Assembly (NCBI GenBank): GCA_943787795.1
Contig: CALSNU010000001.1
Location: 192,001 to 256,000, forward strand
Length of the DNA: 64,000 nt
Direction: 5' to 3'
From: an uncultured bacterium
GTDB taxonomy: Bacteria > Planctomycetota > UBA1135 > GCA-002686595
Shown here: positions 1 to 14,900 of the stretch, in pieces
Position numbering within the stretch: position 1 is the first letter of the stretch
Layout: each line of letters starts with the position of its first letter
Notes under the pieces: model-generated
What the model was told of the DNA's origin: nothing
What the model saw: only the letters and a program-made list of their open reading frames with translations
Databases searched by the model: none
Made by a program: the position numbers and the translations under genes

Positions 1-276
1 GGTCAGGCTGATGGCCGGGGGCGAGAGGGTCGCCTCGAGGGCCCAGCCGGGACCCGCGCCCCGGTAGATCTCCACTCTCCCCGGGCCCGATGACGTCAGC
101 GGGGCCCTCATCCTCGCGCCCAGGGCGAGCGTGTCGCCGTCGAGCGCGACGGAGGCTCCGAGGCCGTCGTCGGGTGCAGCAGCGGGAGAGGTCACCACAG
201 CCTCCGGGGTCAGCTGTCCCGAGGCTGCTCCGACGAGCGAGCAGGCGAGGAGGACGCGGAGGGCAGGACGCTTCAT
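1..276 (-). CDS. Secreted FG-GAP-repeat protein, N-terminal part (runs off window start)
   Basis: Manual translation from ATG at 276: MKRPALRVLLACSLVGAASGQ (signal peptide) then DGLGASVALDGDTLALGA...GRVEIYRG, an FG-GAP_2-like repeat. Confidence 0.7.
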   Translation of the reverse strand, partial: MKRPALRVLLACSLVGAASGQLTPEAVVTSPAAAPDDGLGASVALDGDTLALGARMRAPLTSSGPGRVEIYRGAGPGWALEATLSPPAISLT

Positions 277-426
277 GGGTATAGGGTAATCCCTATGTCG
301 TCTTCTGGGGGCGAAGCCGCGTGCATTCCGCGCCGGGTGTCGCTGGACGGGGCCGCCACGACAGGCTCCGTACGGAGGGCGTCAAGGGCGCTCTCCCGTG
401 CGGTGCCGTGTGGCCGCTCTCTCCCG

Positions 427-738
427 TCACTCGGGTTTCTCGTCAGCCGCTTTCTCCCCTTTCAGCTCCTCGGTGCGGCGCTCGATCTCGGGCCGGAGGA
501 AGCCCCACCAGATCGCGTTCCAGGGCGCGGCGAACATCCAGGCGTTGCGGTCCGTGATGTACGGGACGTCGGGGAGCGAGATGAAGCGTGCGTAGGCCGC
601 GATGCTGAGGACGGACCAGATGACGGCGATCCAGCTGAGCGGCCGCTCGAAGCGGACCAGGGCCGCGGCGATGGGCCGAAGCCAGCCGTCCCACGCTGGG
701 GTGACTGGTCGACGGTGCGGGGGCGAGGGGGACGTCAT
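427..738 (-). CDS. Small hypothetical membrane protein
   Basis: 103 aa with hydrophobic segments; starts 3 nt after the stop of the upstream ORF. Confidence 0.5.
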   Translation of the reverse strand: MTSPSPPHRRPVTPAWDGWLRPIAAALVRFERPLSWIAVIWSVLSIAAYARFISLPDVPYITDRNAWMFAAPWNAIWWGFLRPEIERRTEELKGEKAADEKPE

Positions 739-741
739 CGG

Positions 742-1455
742 CTAGCCGCGATCGTGGGTGCCGAGCCAGGAGCGGACCCTGGCGCCAGGGTCTTGCTCGA
801 TGAGCTCAGGCAGCCCGTCGGCCGGGACCAGAGCGTGCTCGCCGTCGCTCCGGAGGACGTGGACCAGCCGCTCCTGGCGGAGCCGCTCGACGACGCCGTG
901 CATGGTGGCGAGGCCCGCGTTCGGCCCGGTTGAGCCGCGCCAGGTTCCGGTGGGGCTGAAGACCTCACCCAGCTCATCCGTGAGGCGGACGACCACCTCG
1001 TCCTCGCCCTGTCGGGCCTCGACCCGGAGCGTCATCTCCACAGGTGTGGGGGCCTCGAGGGTGGCCACGGTCGCTGTCCCTTCGATGGTCAGCCCATGGC
1101 GGAGCCGGGCCCAGGTGACGCGAGAGAACGTCTCCAGTGCTTCCCGGTTGGTGGGCGGTTCATTCTGGGGACCCCAGGCCCAGGTAAAGGGGATGGGCCT
1201 CGGTCGCTGTGGAGGGGGAGGGGTCGACGCGGACGCCGGACCGGCGGCTTCGTCCTGCCGGCCCGCCTCATAGGCAGCGAGCATGAAGCGGCCGATCACG
1301 CCGCCTGTCAGGCCGAGGAAGATGAACCCGAGCAGGTTGACGTGGACCTGGCCACCAAAGAGTGCGACGACGAAGCCGAGGCCCAGAAACACGATCGGGG
1401 TCCCGAAGCACCCGGTCACGAACGCGGAGCTCTTCGTCCAGGAGGAGTGGGTCAT
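742..1455 (-). CDS. Hypothetical membrane protein (two N-terminal TM helices)
   Basis: ATG at 1455 (MTHSSWTKSS) followed by two hydrophobic helices and a Pro-rich linker. Confidence 0.55.
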   Translation of the reverse strand: MTHSSWTKSSAFVTGCFGTPIVFLGLGFVVALFGGQVHVNLLGFIFLGLTGGVIGRFMLAAYEAGRQDEAAGPASASTPPPPQRPRPIPFTWAWGPQNEPPTNREALETFSRVTWARLRHGLTIEGTATVATLEAPTPVEMTLRVEARQGEDEVVVRLTDELGEVFSPTGTWRGSTGPNAGLATMHGVVERLRQERLVHVLRSDGEHALVPADGLPELIEQDPGARVRSWLGTHDRG

Positions 1456-1716
1456 CTGTTGGCGCGAGCGGTCGGGGGATGCGAGCGGGACCCCGGCGGG
1501 ACCTGGCGTCTCCGCCCACCTGGGTTCCTGGACAGACCATTCTGGGGGATGGGGCTTGGGGCGCAAGAGGCGCTAGCGTCCACGGTAGCAGGCCATCCCG
1601 ACGCAGGCGGCGGATGCCCCGGGGCCGAATGGGCTTCGGCCTCACCGACCTCGACGCGGAGGCGACGCGGTGAGGCGCGCCTTCCGTGAAGGACCGGAGC
1701 CCGAGTGGCGAATGGC

Positions 1717-5468
<3,752 letters not shown>

Positions 5469-5472
<4 letters not shown>

Positions 5473-6428
5473 CGTGCTGCGCTGGCAGGTTCTGTCGCGC
5501 CCGCCACCTGTCCGGTGGCGAGGAGGGTCATCAGGTGCGGAGGCTGCGGGTCGCGGGCGGCGCGGTCGACGGCGACGTCCTTGAACCCTGCGGCCTCGAT
5601 GTGCTTCTTGAGGTCGGCCTCGGTGAAGCCGAGGTGAATGTGCTGGAGCCTGTCGCGCACCCACTCCTCGCCGTGGGCGAGCAGGTCGAGGACGAGCAGC
5701 TGTCCCCCCGGGCGGAGGATGCGGCGCGCCTCGCGCAGGGCCTGGCCGGGGTCGTGGGCGTGATGCAGCGCCTGGCTGAGGACCGCCACGTCGTAGGAGC
5801 CCGACTCCAGCGGCAGGTCCACGATGTCGGCCTCGAGGGTATCGACGTTGGTGATCCCCTTCCCGCGGGCCCGTGATTCGAGCTGACGCAGCATCTCCGG
5901 GGAGACGTCCACGGCGGTGACCGACTCGGCCACCTCGGCGAGCATGAGCGTCAGCATTCCATCGCCGATCCCGAGGTCCACGTAGCGGGCGCGCGGGGCG
6001 AGGCGCAGGATCCCACGGGCGAGGCCCTCCCAGGTCCGACCGGGTAGCACCTGCTCGTCGAAGGCCGCCGCGACCCGGTCGAAGTAGGAGCGTGACTCCT
6101 GACGGCGCTTCTCCATGGCCGCCTGGTAGCCCGCGTCGTCGGCGCGGAACTCATCGGCGAGCTGGGCGTCGTCGAGCACCTGGACGATCAGCTCCAGGGA
6201 GCTGCAGGTGCAGAGGCTGTAGAAGCTCCGGCGGCCGGCCTTGCGGTGGGCCAGGACGCCCACCTCCTTGAGGTGCGTGAGCTGGGTCGAGATCCGGCTC
6301 TGGCCCATGTTCAGGATCTCCTGCAGCTCTCCGACGGAGAGCTCACCCTTGCGGAGCAGGTTCAAGATCCGCAGTCGGGTCTCGTCTCCGAGGGTCTTGA
6401 GGAGCCTTGAGGTGGTTGAGAGGGCCAT
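5469..6428 (-). CDS. ArsR-family HTH plus SAM-binding methyltransferase-fold regulator (SahR-like)
   Basis: N-terminal ArsR HTH ([13 protein letters not shown]...ELSVGEL...QSRISTQL); C-terminal DLGIGDG SAM motif and ALHH; directly upstream of metH. Confidence 0.88.
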
Positions 6429-6436
6429 CGCTCTAT

Positions 6437-6468
6437 AGAATAGCACCCATCGAGATATCTTGATGGGT
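6437..6468 (-). promoter_or_regulatory. Palindromic operator (6445-6468) abutting an extended -10 box for sahR-metH
   Basis: ACCCATCGAGATATCTTGATGGGT is a 24-bp inverted repeat with one mismatched pair; minus-strand TGcTATTCT ends 8 nt before the ATG at 6428. Confidence 0.75.
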
Positions 6469-6632
6469 TCTTATCCGAATGGGACGATGGATCTTCCCCA
6501 TGGGGCAGAACGACGCTCCTTGCCCCCTCGGAGGCGGTCCATGACCCACCCGAGATCTCCCCTGCAGCCTGACCGACCCCTGCGCGGGTCCCCGCCGAGG
6601 ATCCCGCCGAGCTCGCGGACCGTGGTCCGCCC

Positions 6633-7706
6633 CTAAGGCGCCGTCGCGGCGCTGCCTTCCGGGGACGGCAGCGCCGCTCGGACGAGCTCCGCGGCGCCGT
6701 CCACCCAGGTGGTGTGGGTGTTGAGCGAGGGGATCAACACCAGCCGCTCGCCCCCGGCCTCCTCGAAGTCCTCCCGCGCGCGGATCCCGATCTCCTCGAT
6801 GGTCTCGAGGCAGTCCGCCACAAACGAGGGGCAGAACACGGCGACCTTCTTCGCGCCAGCCTTCGCCAGCTCGGGGACGACCTTGTCGGTGTAGGGGGTC
6901 AGCCAGGGCGTGCGGCCCAGCCGGGACTGGAAGGCCGTGGAGTAGGTGCCCTCCTCTAGCCCGAGGGCCTTCACCACGGCGCGCGTGGTGGCGTAGCAGT
7001 GGGCGCTGTAGCACTGGCGGTTGGCCGCGCAAATGGACTGGCAGCAGTCGGGCGTCTTGAGGCAGTGGCTGCCGGTGTCGTCGCTCTTGATGACATGGCG
7101 CTCGGGGACGCCGTGGTAGCTGAAGAGCACATGGTCGGCTTCCAGCTCGTCGAGCACAGGGCGGGCCACGGCGGCGAACGCCTCAACGAACTGGGGAGCG
7201 TCGTAGAACGGCGGCACCACGCGAACGAAGGGCGTGTTCCACAGCTTGCCTGCTTGTCGGTAGACCTCCTCCACCGCCGAGCCCGTGGAGCTGGAGGCGT
7301 ACTGGGGGAACAGCGGCATCATCACCACCTCGTCGCAGCCGCGGGAGGCGAGCTCCTTCAGGCCAGCCTCGATGGAGGGGTTGCCATAGCGCATGGCGAG
7401 GACCACCTCGACCTCGGGCAGCCGCTCTTGGACGCCTGCGGCCAGGGCCTTGCCGTGGACGAGGAGCGGCGAGCCCTCCTCGGTCCAGACCTCCCGGTAA
7501 GCCTCCGCCGACTTGCGCGGCCGGAGCGGGAGGATGATCAGGTTGAGCAGGGCGGCCCGGCCGATGGGGTTGATGTCCAGGACGCGAGGGTCCGAGAGGA
7601 ACTGCCGCAGGTAGCGGCGCACCTCGGGGGTCTGGGGCGCATCGGGGGTGCCGAGGTTCACCAGGAGAACGCCAGGGCGGCCATGTTGGGTTCCGTGCTC
7701 TTTCAT
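6633..7706 (-). CDS. hemH: Ferrochelatase with Cys-rich insertion
   Basis: LLVNLGTP, AMRYGNP, PLFPQYASSS, FSYHGVP, FQSRLG..PWLTPYT, FVADCLETIEEI. Confidence 0.95.
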   Translation of the reverse strand: MKEHGTQHGRPGVLLVNLGTPDAPQTPEVRRYLRQFLSDPRVLDINPIGRAALLNLIILPLRPRKSAEAYREVWTEEGSPLLVHGKALAAGVQERLPEVEVVLAMRYGNPSIEAGLKELASRGCDEVVMMPLFPQYASSSTGSAVEEVYRQAGKLWNTPFVRVVPPFYDAPQFVEAFAAVARPVLDELEADHVLFSYHGVPERHVIKSDDTGSHCLKTPDCCQSICAANRQCYSAHCYATTRAVVKALGLEEGTYSTAFQSRLGRTPWLTPYTDKVVPELAKAGAKKVAVFCPSFVADCLETIEEIGIRAREDFEEAGGERLVLIPSLNTHTTWVDGAAELVRAALPSPEGSAATAP

Positions 7707-7811
7707 GGAGGGAGGAGGCTCAACGACCGCGAACTCTCTCGCAAGTCTCGATACGCTTCCGTCCTTCGGATTCGCACGACACTTCGATCTGGAGGCCGAA
7801 TCCTCCCGCCC

Positions 7812-9791
7812 ATGACCGCTCCTGAACAGCCTGCCGCAGGGTCCTCCGCAGAGGGCACCTCCGCTCCGACGCCGGTGAGCGGGCGGCCTCGGTGGGGGCG
7901 GCGCCTCACGTGGCTGGGCCTGATGCTCGGGGCCGTGCTGCTGCTCGGCCCCCCGCTGGCTGGACGCTGGCTGCGCGTGGAGCTCGAGCGCCTCGCTTCC
8001 GCGGAGGTCCAGGGGGAGGTCACCCTCGAGCACCTGAGCCTGCGGCTCAACGGCAAGGTGTACCTCGAGGGCCTCCGGGTCGTAGACGAGCGGGGGGACA
8101 CCGTCCTGTTCTCCCCGCGTGGCATGATCGACGTGGGCCTGCGGGCCTGGCTCACGGGCCGCAGGGACCTGGCCGTGCACGTGTACGGTTCGGAGCTGGA
8201 TCTGGTCCAGGACGGTGAGGGCCGGTGGAACGTCGAGCGGCTGCTCGCCGCCGACGATGGGGGCGGCCCCCTCAGCAAGCCCAGCCAGGAGCCCAGCCCT
8301 GAGCCTCGAGGGGAGCCCAGGGGGGAGAGCCAACCTCCCGCTGGCGACGGGCCCGCGCCCCGCCGCCGACCGCTGGACCTCCACGGCCGGGTCGAGTTCG
8401 CAGAGTGCACGGTGACCGTGCGCTCTCCCGAGAGCGCCCTACAGCTCGCGGACGTCCGCTTCACCATCGGCCTCGACGGCCCCGAGCAATCCTCCGCCGT
8501 CCGCCTCGAGGGTCATGTCTTCGGCGGGACGGGCAGCGTCGGAGACTTCTACGCCGACCTCTTCCTCTGGCCCGACGCTGGCCCTGGCCTCGAGGTCGAC
8601 CGCATCGACGTCACGGACCTCGAGCTGGGAGTCGTCCGGGAGGCCATGCGCCTCGTCGGGGTCGAGGCGGACGAGCGACTGTCGTTCGGGGGGACCGCCG
8701 ACCTGCACGTCGGGGGCGGCGCCGAGGATCTCCGGGCCGACGCGCCCTTCGCCATCGAGGCCACGGCCGAGCTCCAGGGGCTGCAGGTGGAGTACCCCGA
8801 CGGAGCAGGCGGGCTCGCCTCGATCGCAGAGGGTGATCCCGTCCGCCTCCGCGTGAAGGTCGCCAGGTTGGTGGACGGCGACACCCTGGATCTCGAAGGG
8901 ACCCTGGAGGCGCGAGACGGCGAGGTGCGCGCAGACTTCGCCGCTGACCGGGAGCTCCGAGGGGAGTTGCGGCTCGACGGCGCGTCCCTGGACACGACGC
9001 TGGCGCCGCTGGTGGCGAGGCTGCACCCGGCGGCGCCGCAGCCTTCGAGCGTGGCGCTCACGAGCGGGGCCCTGGGCCTCGTGGACGCCACGGTCTCCCT
9101 GGGAGGCGCCTCCCCCGGGCGCTGGTCGGACCCCTCGGCCTGGTCCGGCGGCGGGAGCCTGACCCTCCGCGAGGTGGACCTCGCCCGCTCGCCGCTCGTC
9201 ACCGGTCTGCTCGACGGGCTCGGCGCCGCTGGCCTGCTCCCGGCGATCGACAGGGCGGGGGTCGAGGTCACCCGGGTCGCGGCCACGCGACCCCTCAACT
9301 GGTCCCTCGCGAACGGACGGGTGACGTACCCGGACCCGTGGACCTGGACCATCGCTGAGCTCGAGACCACCTTCACGGGCTCGGTGGGCCTCGATCGCAC
9401 CGTGGACCTGAGCTGGAACGTCCCCGTGGACGCCGCCCTCGCGGGGTCGAAGGACGCCCTCCGGTGGCTGGAGGGCGAGACCCTCTCCGTCGAGGTCGGA
9501 GGCACCCTCTCGAGGCCGACCGTCGACTTCGACGCGGCGCTCAAGGACTTGCTGGGTCGAGCCACCACCGGCGGGCTAGAGGGCGGGCTCGGCGGCCTGC
9601 TGGAGCGAGAGCTGGGCCTCGGAGGCGGAGGCGCCAGCCCTGCAGCGCTGCTCCGAGAGGCGGACCGACTCTGGTCCGAGGGAGACCGGGCGGGCGCGGC
9701 GCCGATCTACCGAAGGATCCGCGACGAGTTCTCCCTGTCGCCCGTCTACCTCCTGAACCGCGATCGAATCAAGTCGCGCCGCAACGGCTGA
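7812..9791 (+). CDS. AsmA-like envelope protein
   Basis: N-terminal TM anchor, 'L.L..D.EG.WN...L' AsmA-type segment, beta-rich body and C-terminal 'V.VGGTL.RP'. Confidence 0.6.
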   Translation: MTAPEQPAAGSSAEGTSAPTPVSGRPRWGRRLTWLGLMLGAVLLLGPPLAGRWLRVELERLASAEVQGEVTLEHLSLRLNGKVYLEGLRVVDERGDTVLFSPRGMIDVGLRAWLTGRRDLAVHVYGSELDLVQDGEGRWNVERLLAADDGGGPLSKPSQEPSPEPRGEPRGESQPPAGDGPAPRRRPLDLHGRVEFAECTVTVRSPESALQLADVRFTIGLDGPEQSSAVRLEGHVFGGTGSVGDFYADLFLWPDAGPGLEVDRIDVTDLELGVVREAMRLVGVEADERLSFGGTADLHVGGGAEDLRADAPFAIEATAELQGLQVEYPDGAGGLASIAEGDPVRLRVKVARLVDGDTLDLEGTLEARDGEVRADFAADRELRGELRLDGASLDTTLAPLVARLHPAAPQPSSVALTSGALGLVDATVSLGGASPGRWSDPSAWSGGGSLTLREVDLARSPLVTGLLDGLGAAGLLPAIDRAGVEVTRVAATRPLNWSLANGRVTYPDPWTWTIAELETTFTGSVGLDRTVDLSWNVPVDAALAGSKDALRWLEGETLSVEVGGTLSRPTVDFDAALKDLLGRATTGGLEGGLGGLLERELGLGGGGASPAALLREADRLWSEGDRAGAAPIYRRIRDEFSLSPVYLLNRDRIKSRRNG

Positions 9792-9796
9792 GCGGC

Positions 9797-10552
9797 TCAG
9801 GTCGCGGGGTCGCGGCGGGCTGAAGCGATGAGCACGCGGTTCATGGGGGAGATCGTCGCGGCGATCGACTTCCACCGCACGCGGTGCCCCGCCTGCTCGA
9901 GGGCGTAGGTGCGGTGGACGTCGATGGCCTCGTCCGCGCCGAGGGCGAGCTTGAGCCCTTCGGGCGCGGGGTGTCCGCGGTGGGGCCGGCAGCACGGGAG
10001 CGCCGCGATGGCGCCGCCGGCCTCTACGGCCAGCTCGATGGCGCGATCGGTGCGCAGGCCGCAGGCGTGGATCGCGATCACGCCGGTGCCGGGCTCGAGG
10101 GTGGTGCGCTTGAGCTGCTCCCGGCGCCACTCGACCTTGGGCGGCGCCCAGGGGGCCACGTCGGCGGCGGCCTGCAGGATGAGGTCGGCGCTCGCCGGCC
10201 GCTCGCGGTCCACGAGGTGGACGCGCTCGACCTCGCGCTCGAAGATGGCGAAGAGGAGCCCCGCGAGGCCGTGGCCGCAGCACAGGTCCGCGACCACCGG
10301 CGCGCGCACCGCCTTGCGAGCGAGGGCGAAGACCTCGGTGGCCTCGAGCAGCTCCTTGAGGCAGGTCGCCCTTCGCTTGCAGAGCGCACGCGCGAACGCC
10401 GCGGGGAGCGAATCACCCGTGAACAGCCGCGCATCCTCGGGCCGGAGGGTGCTGCGAGATCCATGGAGCGAGGGGCGGGAGGACAGCTCGCGGTGAAAGC
10501 GGAGCTTCGCGGGGGACCCCGCCTCGCCTTCATTGCTTCGCTGTTCTTCCAT
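9797..10552 (-). CDS. Class I SAM-dependent methyltransferase
   Basis: VADLCCGHG motif I, IHACG and LPCC motifs (Methyltransf_32-like). Confidence 0.75.
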   Translation of the reverse strand: MEEQRSNEGEAGSPAKLRFHRELSSRPSLHGSRSTLRPEDARLFTGDSLPAAFARALCKRRATCLKELLEATEVFALARKAVRAPVVADLCCGHGLAGLLFAIFEREVERVHLVDRERPASADLILQAAADVAPWAPPKVEWRREQLKRTTLEPGTGVIAIHACGLRTDRAIELAVEAGGAIAALPCCRPHRGHPAPEGLKLALGADEAIDVHRTYALEQAGHRVRWKSIAATISPMNRVLIASARRDPAT

Positions 10553-10790
10553 GGCTCACCACCCCGTGTTCGCTTCGCTGGCGTGAGGCCACGAGATGGT
10601 AGGCCAGCGGAGTCCCAAGGGGGCGGCCCTGTTCCCGGGGACGTGGCTCCCGACGGCCTTGCGCTGAGCCGTAAGTTCGGGGAACAGCCGCAAGTTCGGG
10701 GAATAGAAGCGAGGCGAACGCGTCTCTCCCTCGCACTGGCCGGCGCCGCGTCCGCCGCACCACTCATCTTCTTACAACGATTACCGTGCC

Positions 10791-11708
10791 ATGCGAGTCC
10801 ACCCGACGGTCTGCCTGGGCCTGAGCCTCTTTCTCCTCCAACCGCCCCTTGCTTCCGCCAGCGTGTCGCCGGAGGAGGGGGCCGTTCAGCCTTCAGTCGC
10901 GCCGGTCATCGGAGACGACCTCTTCCCTGCAGCGACCGGAGCGCTCGAGGTCGTCCTCGACGACGGGGGGGAAGGGCCGAGCTTCCTCGAACTGACTCGC
11001 ACGTACGGCGTCCTCACCGGTCAGCACGTCACCTTCAGCGAGGAGACCAAGGTGCTGCTTGAGGCGTCCAGGGTGCAGCTGGACCGGAGCCTCGAGGTTC
11101 CAGCGGCGGATGTTCAGCGGATCTTCGAGGTGATGCTCCGCCAGTCCAGCTTCAGCCTCGCAGTGGAGAGCGCGGCGTCGCCGAGGGTGCTCAGGGTTCG
11201 AAGCCTCGAGTCCATCGAGCGGAGCGATATCAAGCAGACGAGCAGGCTGATCACCGCCGATCAACTGGAGCTGGCGCGCCGCCATCCGGCCCTGCAGTTC
11301 CACGTGGTCGTGGCGCTTCCCCACAGCGACGTGCGCCAGCTGAGCAACAGCCTCAGGACGATGATCAAGGATCCGGTCACCACCATGCTGCTCCCCGCGG
11401 GAAACAGCTCCTCCATGGTCGTCGGTGGGTTCGGGGACTGGGTGTTCGAGCAGGCCAAGATGCTGCAGGCCATGGACGCGGCGGCGGCCAGCGCTCAGGT
11501 CGAGCGCGGCGAGATCATCATCGCCCTGTCCACAGGGCGCGCAGAGGCGATCGCCGAGACCCTGAAGGGAGTCTTCAGCGACTCGAGCACGCGGCGGAAT
11601 CACCAGGTCTTTATCCGGGCCAGCGAGGAGACCAACTCGCTCCTCGTCAGCGCACCGAACAGCCGGATGGAAGCGATCCGGAGGGTGATCAACGCCCTCG
11701 ATCGCTGA
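10791..11708 (+). CDS. Secreted protein made of secretin N-terminal (GspD N-like) domains, without a secretin barrel
   Basis: Signal peptide; repeated 'L....A..IA..L...F....I.A.E.TNSLLVSA....M..I..VI.ALD' NolW-like units. Confidence 0.6.
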   Translation: MRVHPTVCLGLSLFLLQPPLASASVSPEEGAVQPSVAPVIGDDLFPAATGALEVVLDDGGEGPSFLELTRTYGVLTGQHVTFSEETKVLLEASRVQLDRSLEVPAADVQRIFEVMLRQSSFSLAVESAASPRVLRVRSLESIERSDIKQTSRLITADQLELARRHPALQFHVVVALPHSDVRQLSNSLRTMIKDPVTTMLLPAGNSSSMVVGGFGDWVFEQAKMLQAMDAAAASAQVERGEIIIALSTGRAEAIAETLKGVFSDSSTRRNHQVFIRASEETNSLLVSAPNSRMEAIRRVINALDR

Positions 11709-11739
11709 CCGCGAGGGCGCAGGTCCGCGTGTCCCATGG

Positions 11740-11780
11740 GGCCCGGGGGTGGTCGGATAACGACCACCCCCGGGCCTCTT
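11740..11780 (+). terminator. Intrinsic terminator-like hairpin
   Basis: GGCCCGGGGGTGGTCG-GATAA-CGACCACCCCCGGGCC, a 16-bp perfect stem followed by TCTT. Confidence 0.6.
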
Positions 11781-11942
11781 CCATGGGCGGCCAAGGGGCC
11801 GGTTGGCCAGAGGGGGCCGGGTCGCAAAAAGGGGCAGGGCGGCGCGGCCGATGTGCCGCAGTGGTAAGGCTCCGGTCGCGGAGCGGGCGCGGTCGGCGGC
11901 GTGCCTCTAACCTGGGGCCTCCCTCACCCCGATCCGTGACCG

Positions 11943-14900
11943 ATGCTCCTCTCCCTCGCCTGCGCCCTCTCACTCTCCGCTGCTCCTGTCGCCATCCAGG
12001 GCGGCTCGTCCCCCGCCGAGCTGCTGGAGGGCCTCTCGTTCCGCGAGATCGGTCCCTACCGCGGCGGCCGCTCGGCCGCGGTCTGCGGCCTCGACGGTGA
12101 TCCGGACACGTATTACATGGGCGCCGCCGGCGGCGGTGTGTGGAAGACCACCGACGGGGGCGAGGGCTGGGACAACGTCTCGGACGGGTTCTTCGGCGGG
12201 TCCATTGGCGCGGTCGCGGTGAGCGAGTGGGACCCCAACGTCGTCTACGCCGGCGGCGGGGAGAAGACCGTGCGAGGCAACGTGGGGCACGGGGACGGCG
12301 TGTGGCGGTCTGACGATGCCGGCAAGACCTGGCGCATGATCGGCCTGGCGGACAGCCACCACATCTCGCGCATCCGGATCCATCCGCGCGACCCGGACAC
12401 CGCGTGGGTCGCGGTGATGGGGCACCTTTACGGGCCACACCCCACCCGCGGGGTGTACCGCACGACCGACGGGGGCGAGACCTGGGACGAGCTGCTCTTC
12501 GTGAGCGACGACGTGGGCTGCGTGGACCTTGCCCTCGATCCGAGCAACCCGCGCGTCATGTTCGCGACCTTCTGGAGGATCCGCCGTACGCCGTACTCCC
12601 TCAGCTCCGGCGGCGAGGGATCGTCCATCTGGAGGAGCACCGACGGCGGCGACACCTGGGCCGACATCAGCGCCAACGAGGGCCTCCCCGAGGGCACCAT
12701 TGGCATCGCGGGCGTGAGCGTCTCCGGCGCGGACCCGGAGGTGGTGTACGCCATCATCGAGGCTGAAGAGGGCGGCGTGTTCCGATCGAGCGACGGGGGG
12801 GACACCTGGAAGCGCACCAACAGCGAGCGCAAGCTCCGCCAGCGCGCCTGGTATTACTCGCGGCTCGTGGCGGACCCCGCCGATGAGGACACCGTCTACG
12901 TGATGAACGTGGGCTTCCACCGCTCCACGGACGGCGGCAAGACCTTCGAACGGATCTCGACGCCCCACGGGGACAACCACGACCTGTGGATCGCCCCGAG
13001 CGACCCGGCGCGGATGATCGAGTCCAACGACGGCGGCGCCAACGTGAGCGTGGACGGCGGCGCCTCGTGGACCGACCAGGACATGCAGCCCACCTCGCAG
13101 ATGTACCGGGTCTCCGTGGACACGGCCTTCCCGTACCGGCTCCTCGGCGGCCAGCAGGACAACTCCGCGGTGCGGATCCGGTCTCGCTCCCTGGACGGCG
13201 GCTCCATCGGCGTGCGCGACTGGGAGCCCACGGCGGGCGGAGAGAGCGGCCACATCGCCGCCCACCCCGCGGACCCCGACATCGTCTTCGGCGGCTCCTA
13301 CGGCGGCTACCTGACCATGCGGAACCACCGCACGGGCCAGCGCCGCAATGTGACCGTGTGGCCGGACAACCCCATGGGCGCCGGCGCCGAGGGCATGCGC
13401 TACCGATTCCAGTGGAACTTCCCCCTGTTCTTCTCCCCCCACGGGGACCTGGACGTGGCGCCCGGCGAGGAGGGGAGCCCCGCGCTCTACGCGGCCTCCA
13501 ACGTGCTCTTCCGCTCCACGGACCTGGGCCAGAGCTGGAAGCAGATCAGCCCGGACCTGACCCGCAACGACCCGGCGCGGCTCGTCTCGTCGGGCGGCCC
13601 GATCACCAAGGACAACACCGGGGTCGAGTACTACTGCACGATCTTTGCGGCCTTCGAGCACCCGCTGCAGAAGGGGATCCTGTGGTGCGGCTCCGACGAC
13701 GGCCGGGTTCACGTGAGCGTCGACGACGGTGCCAGCTGGGAGGACGTGACCCCCGGCGCGCTCCCCGAGTGGACCCAGGTCAACGACCTCATCCCCGATC
13801 CCTTCACCTCGGGCGGCGCGTACCTCGTGGGCACGCGCTACAAGCTCGACGACTTCCGACCGTACCTCTACCACACCACCGACTTCGGTCGCACCTGGCG
13901 GGACCTCTCGGGCGGGATCGAGGGCGACCACTTCGTGCGCGCCATCGAGGCCGACCCCGAGCGGCGCGGCCTGCTCTTCGCGGGGACCGAGCGCGGGCTC
14001 TATGTCTCCTTCGAGGACGGGAAGAGCTGGGACTCGCTGCAGTTGGACCTGCCCGTGGTCCCGATCACGGACCTCGCCATGGCCCAGGGGGACCTCGTGG
14101 TCGCGACCCAGGGGAGGGGCTTCTGGATCCTCGACGAGCTGACGCCCCTCCGTCAGCTGGACATCAAGAGCCACGCTGGTGCCACCGTGCTCTACGCCCC
14201 GATGGACACCACGCGCGCCATGGGCGGCCGCGGCCGCGGCGGGGACCCCGCCGGCACCAACCCGGCCTTCGGGATGACCATCGACTACCGACTGGCCACC
14301 GATACCAAGGATGTGGAGCTGACCATCAAGGACTACGACGGCGGGGTGGTGCGCACCTTCATGCCGAAGGGTGAGGGCAGCGGCGGCGAGTTCGCCGCCG
14401 AGCGCAGCGATGTCCTGCCCACGGGCGCGGGGTTCCACCGGTTCACCTGGAACCTGCGGGCGACCGGGGCCGAGTCCTTCGACGACATGATCCTGTGGAA
14501 CGGCGGCCTCGGCGGCCCCAAGGTCCCGCCCGGCCAGTACCGCGTGGAGCTCACCGTGGACGGCGAGACCGCCGGTGTCTCCGCCCTCGTCCTCGCCGAT
14601 CCGCGCTCGGACGCGACCGGCATGGATCTCGTGGCGCAATACCGCTTCGCGCGCTCCACGGGCGAGCTCCTGACCCGCGCCCACACGGCGATCCGCGACC
14701 TGCGGGCCGCGCGGGAGGACCTCGAGAGGCTCGGAGGGCGCCTCCCGGAAGGGGAGGGCGCCGAGGCCCTTGAGGCTCGCATCGACGCGGCCCTCGAGGT
14801 GATGGGGGCGGTAGAGGAGGAGCTCTATCAGACGAAGAACCGCAGTCGTCAGGACCCACTCAACTTCCCGATCCGGCTCACGGACAAGCTCGCCGGGGTG

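Noticed and set aside
6430..6630. Cobalamin or SAM riboswitch upstream of the metH operon
   Set aside because: No recognisable riboswitch core; the -10 box lies 8 nt from the start, leaving no leader
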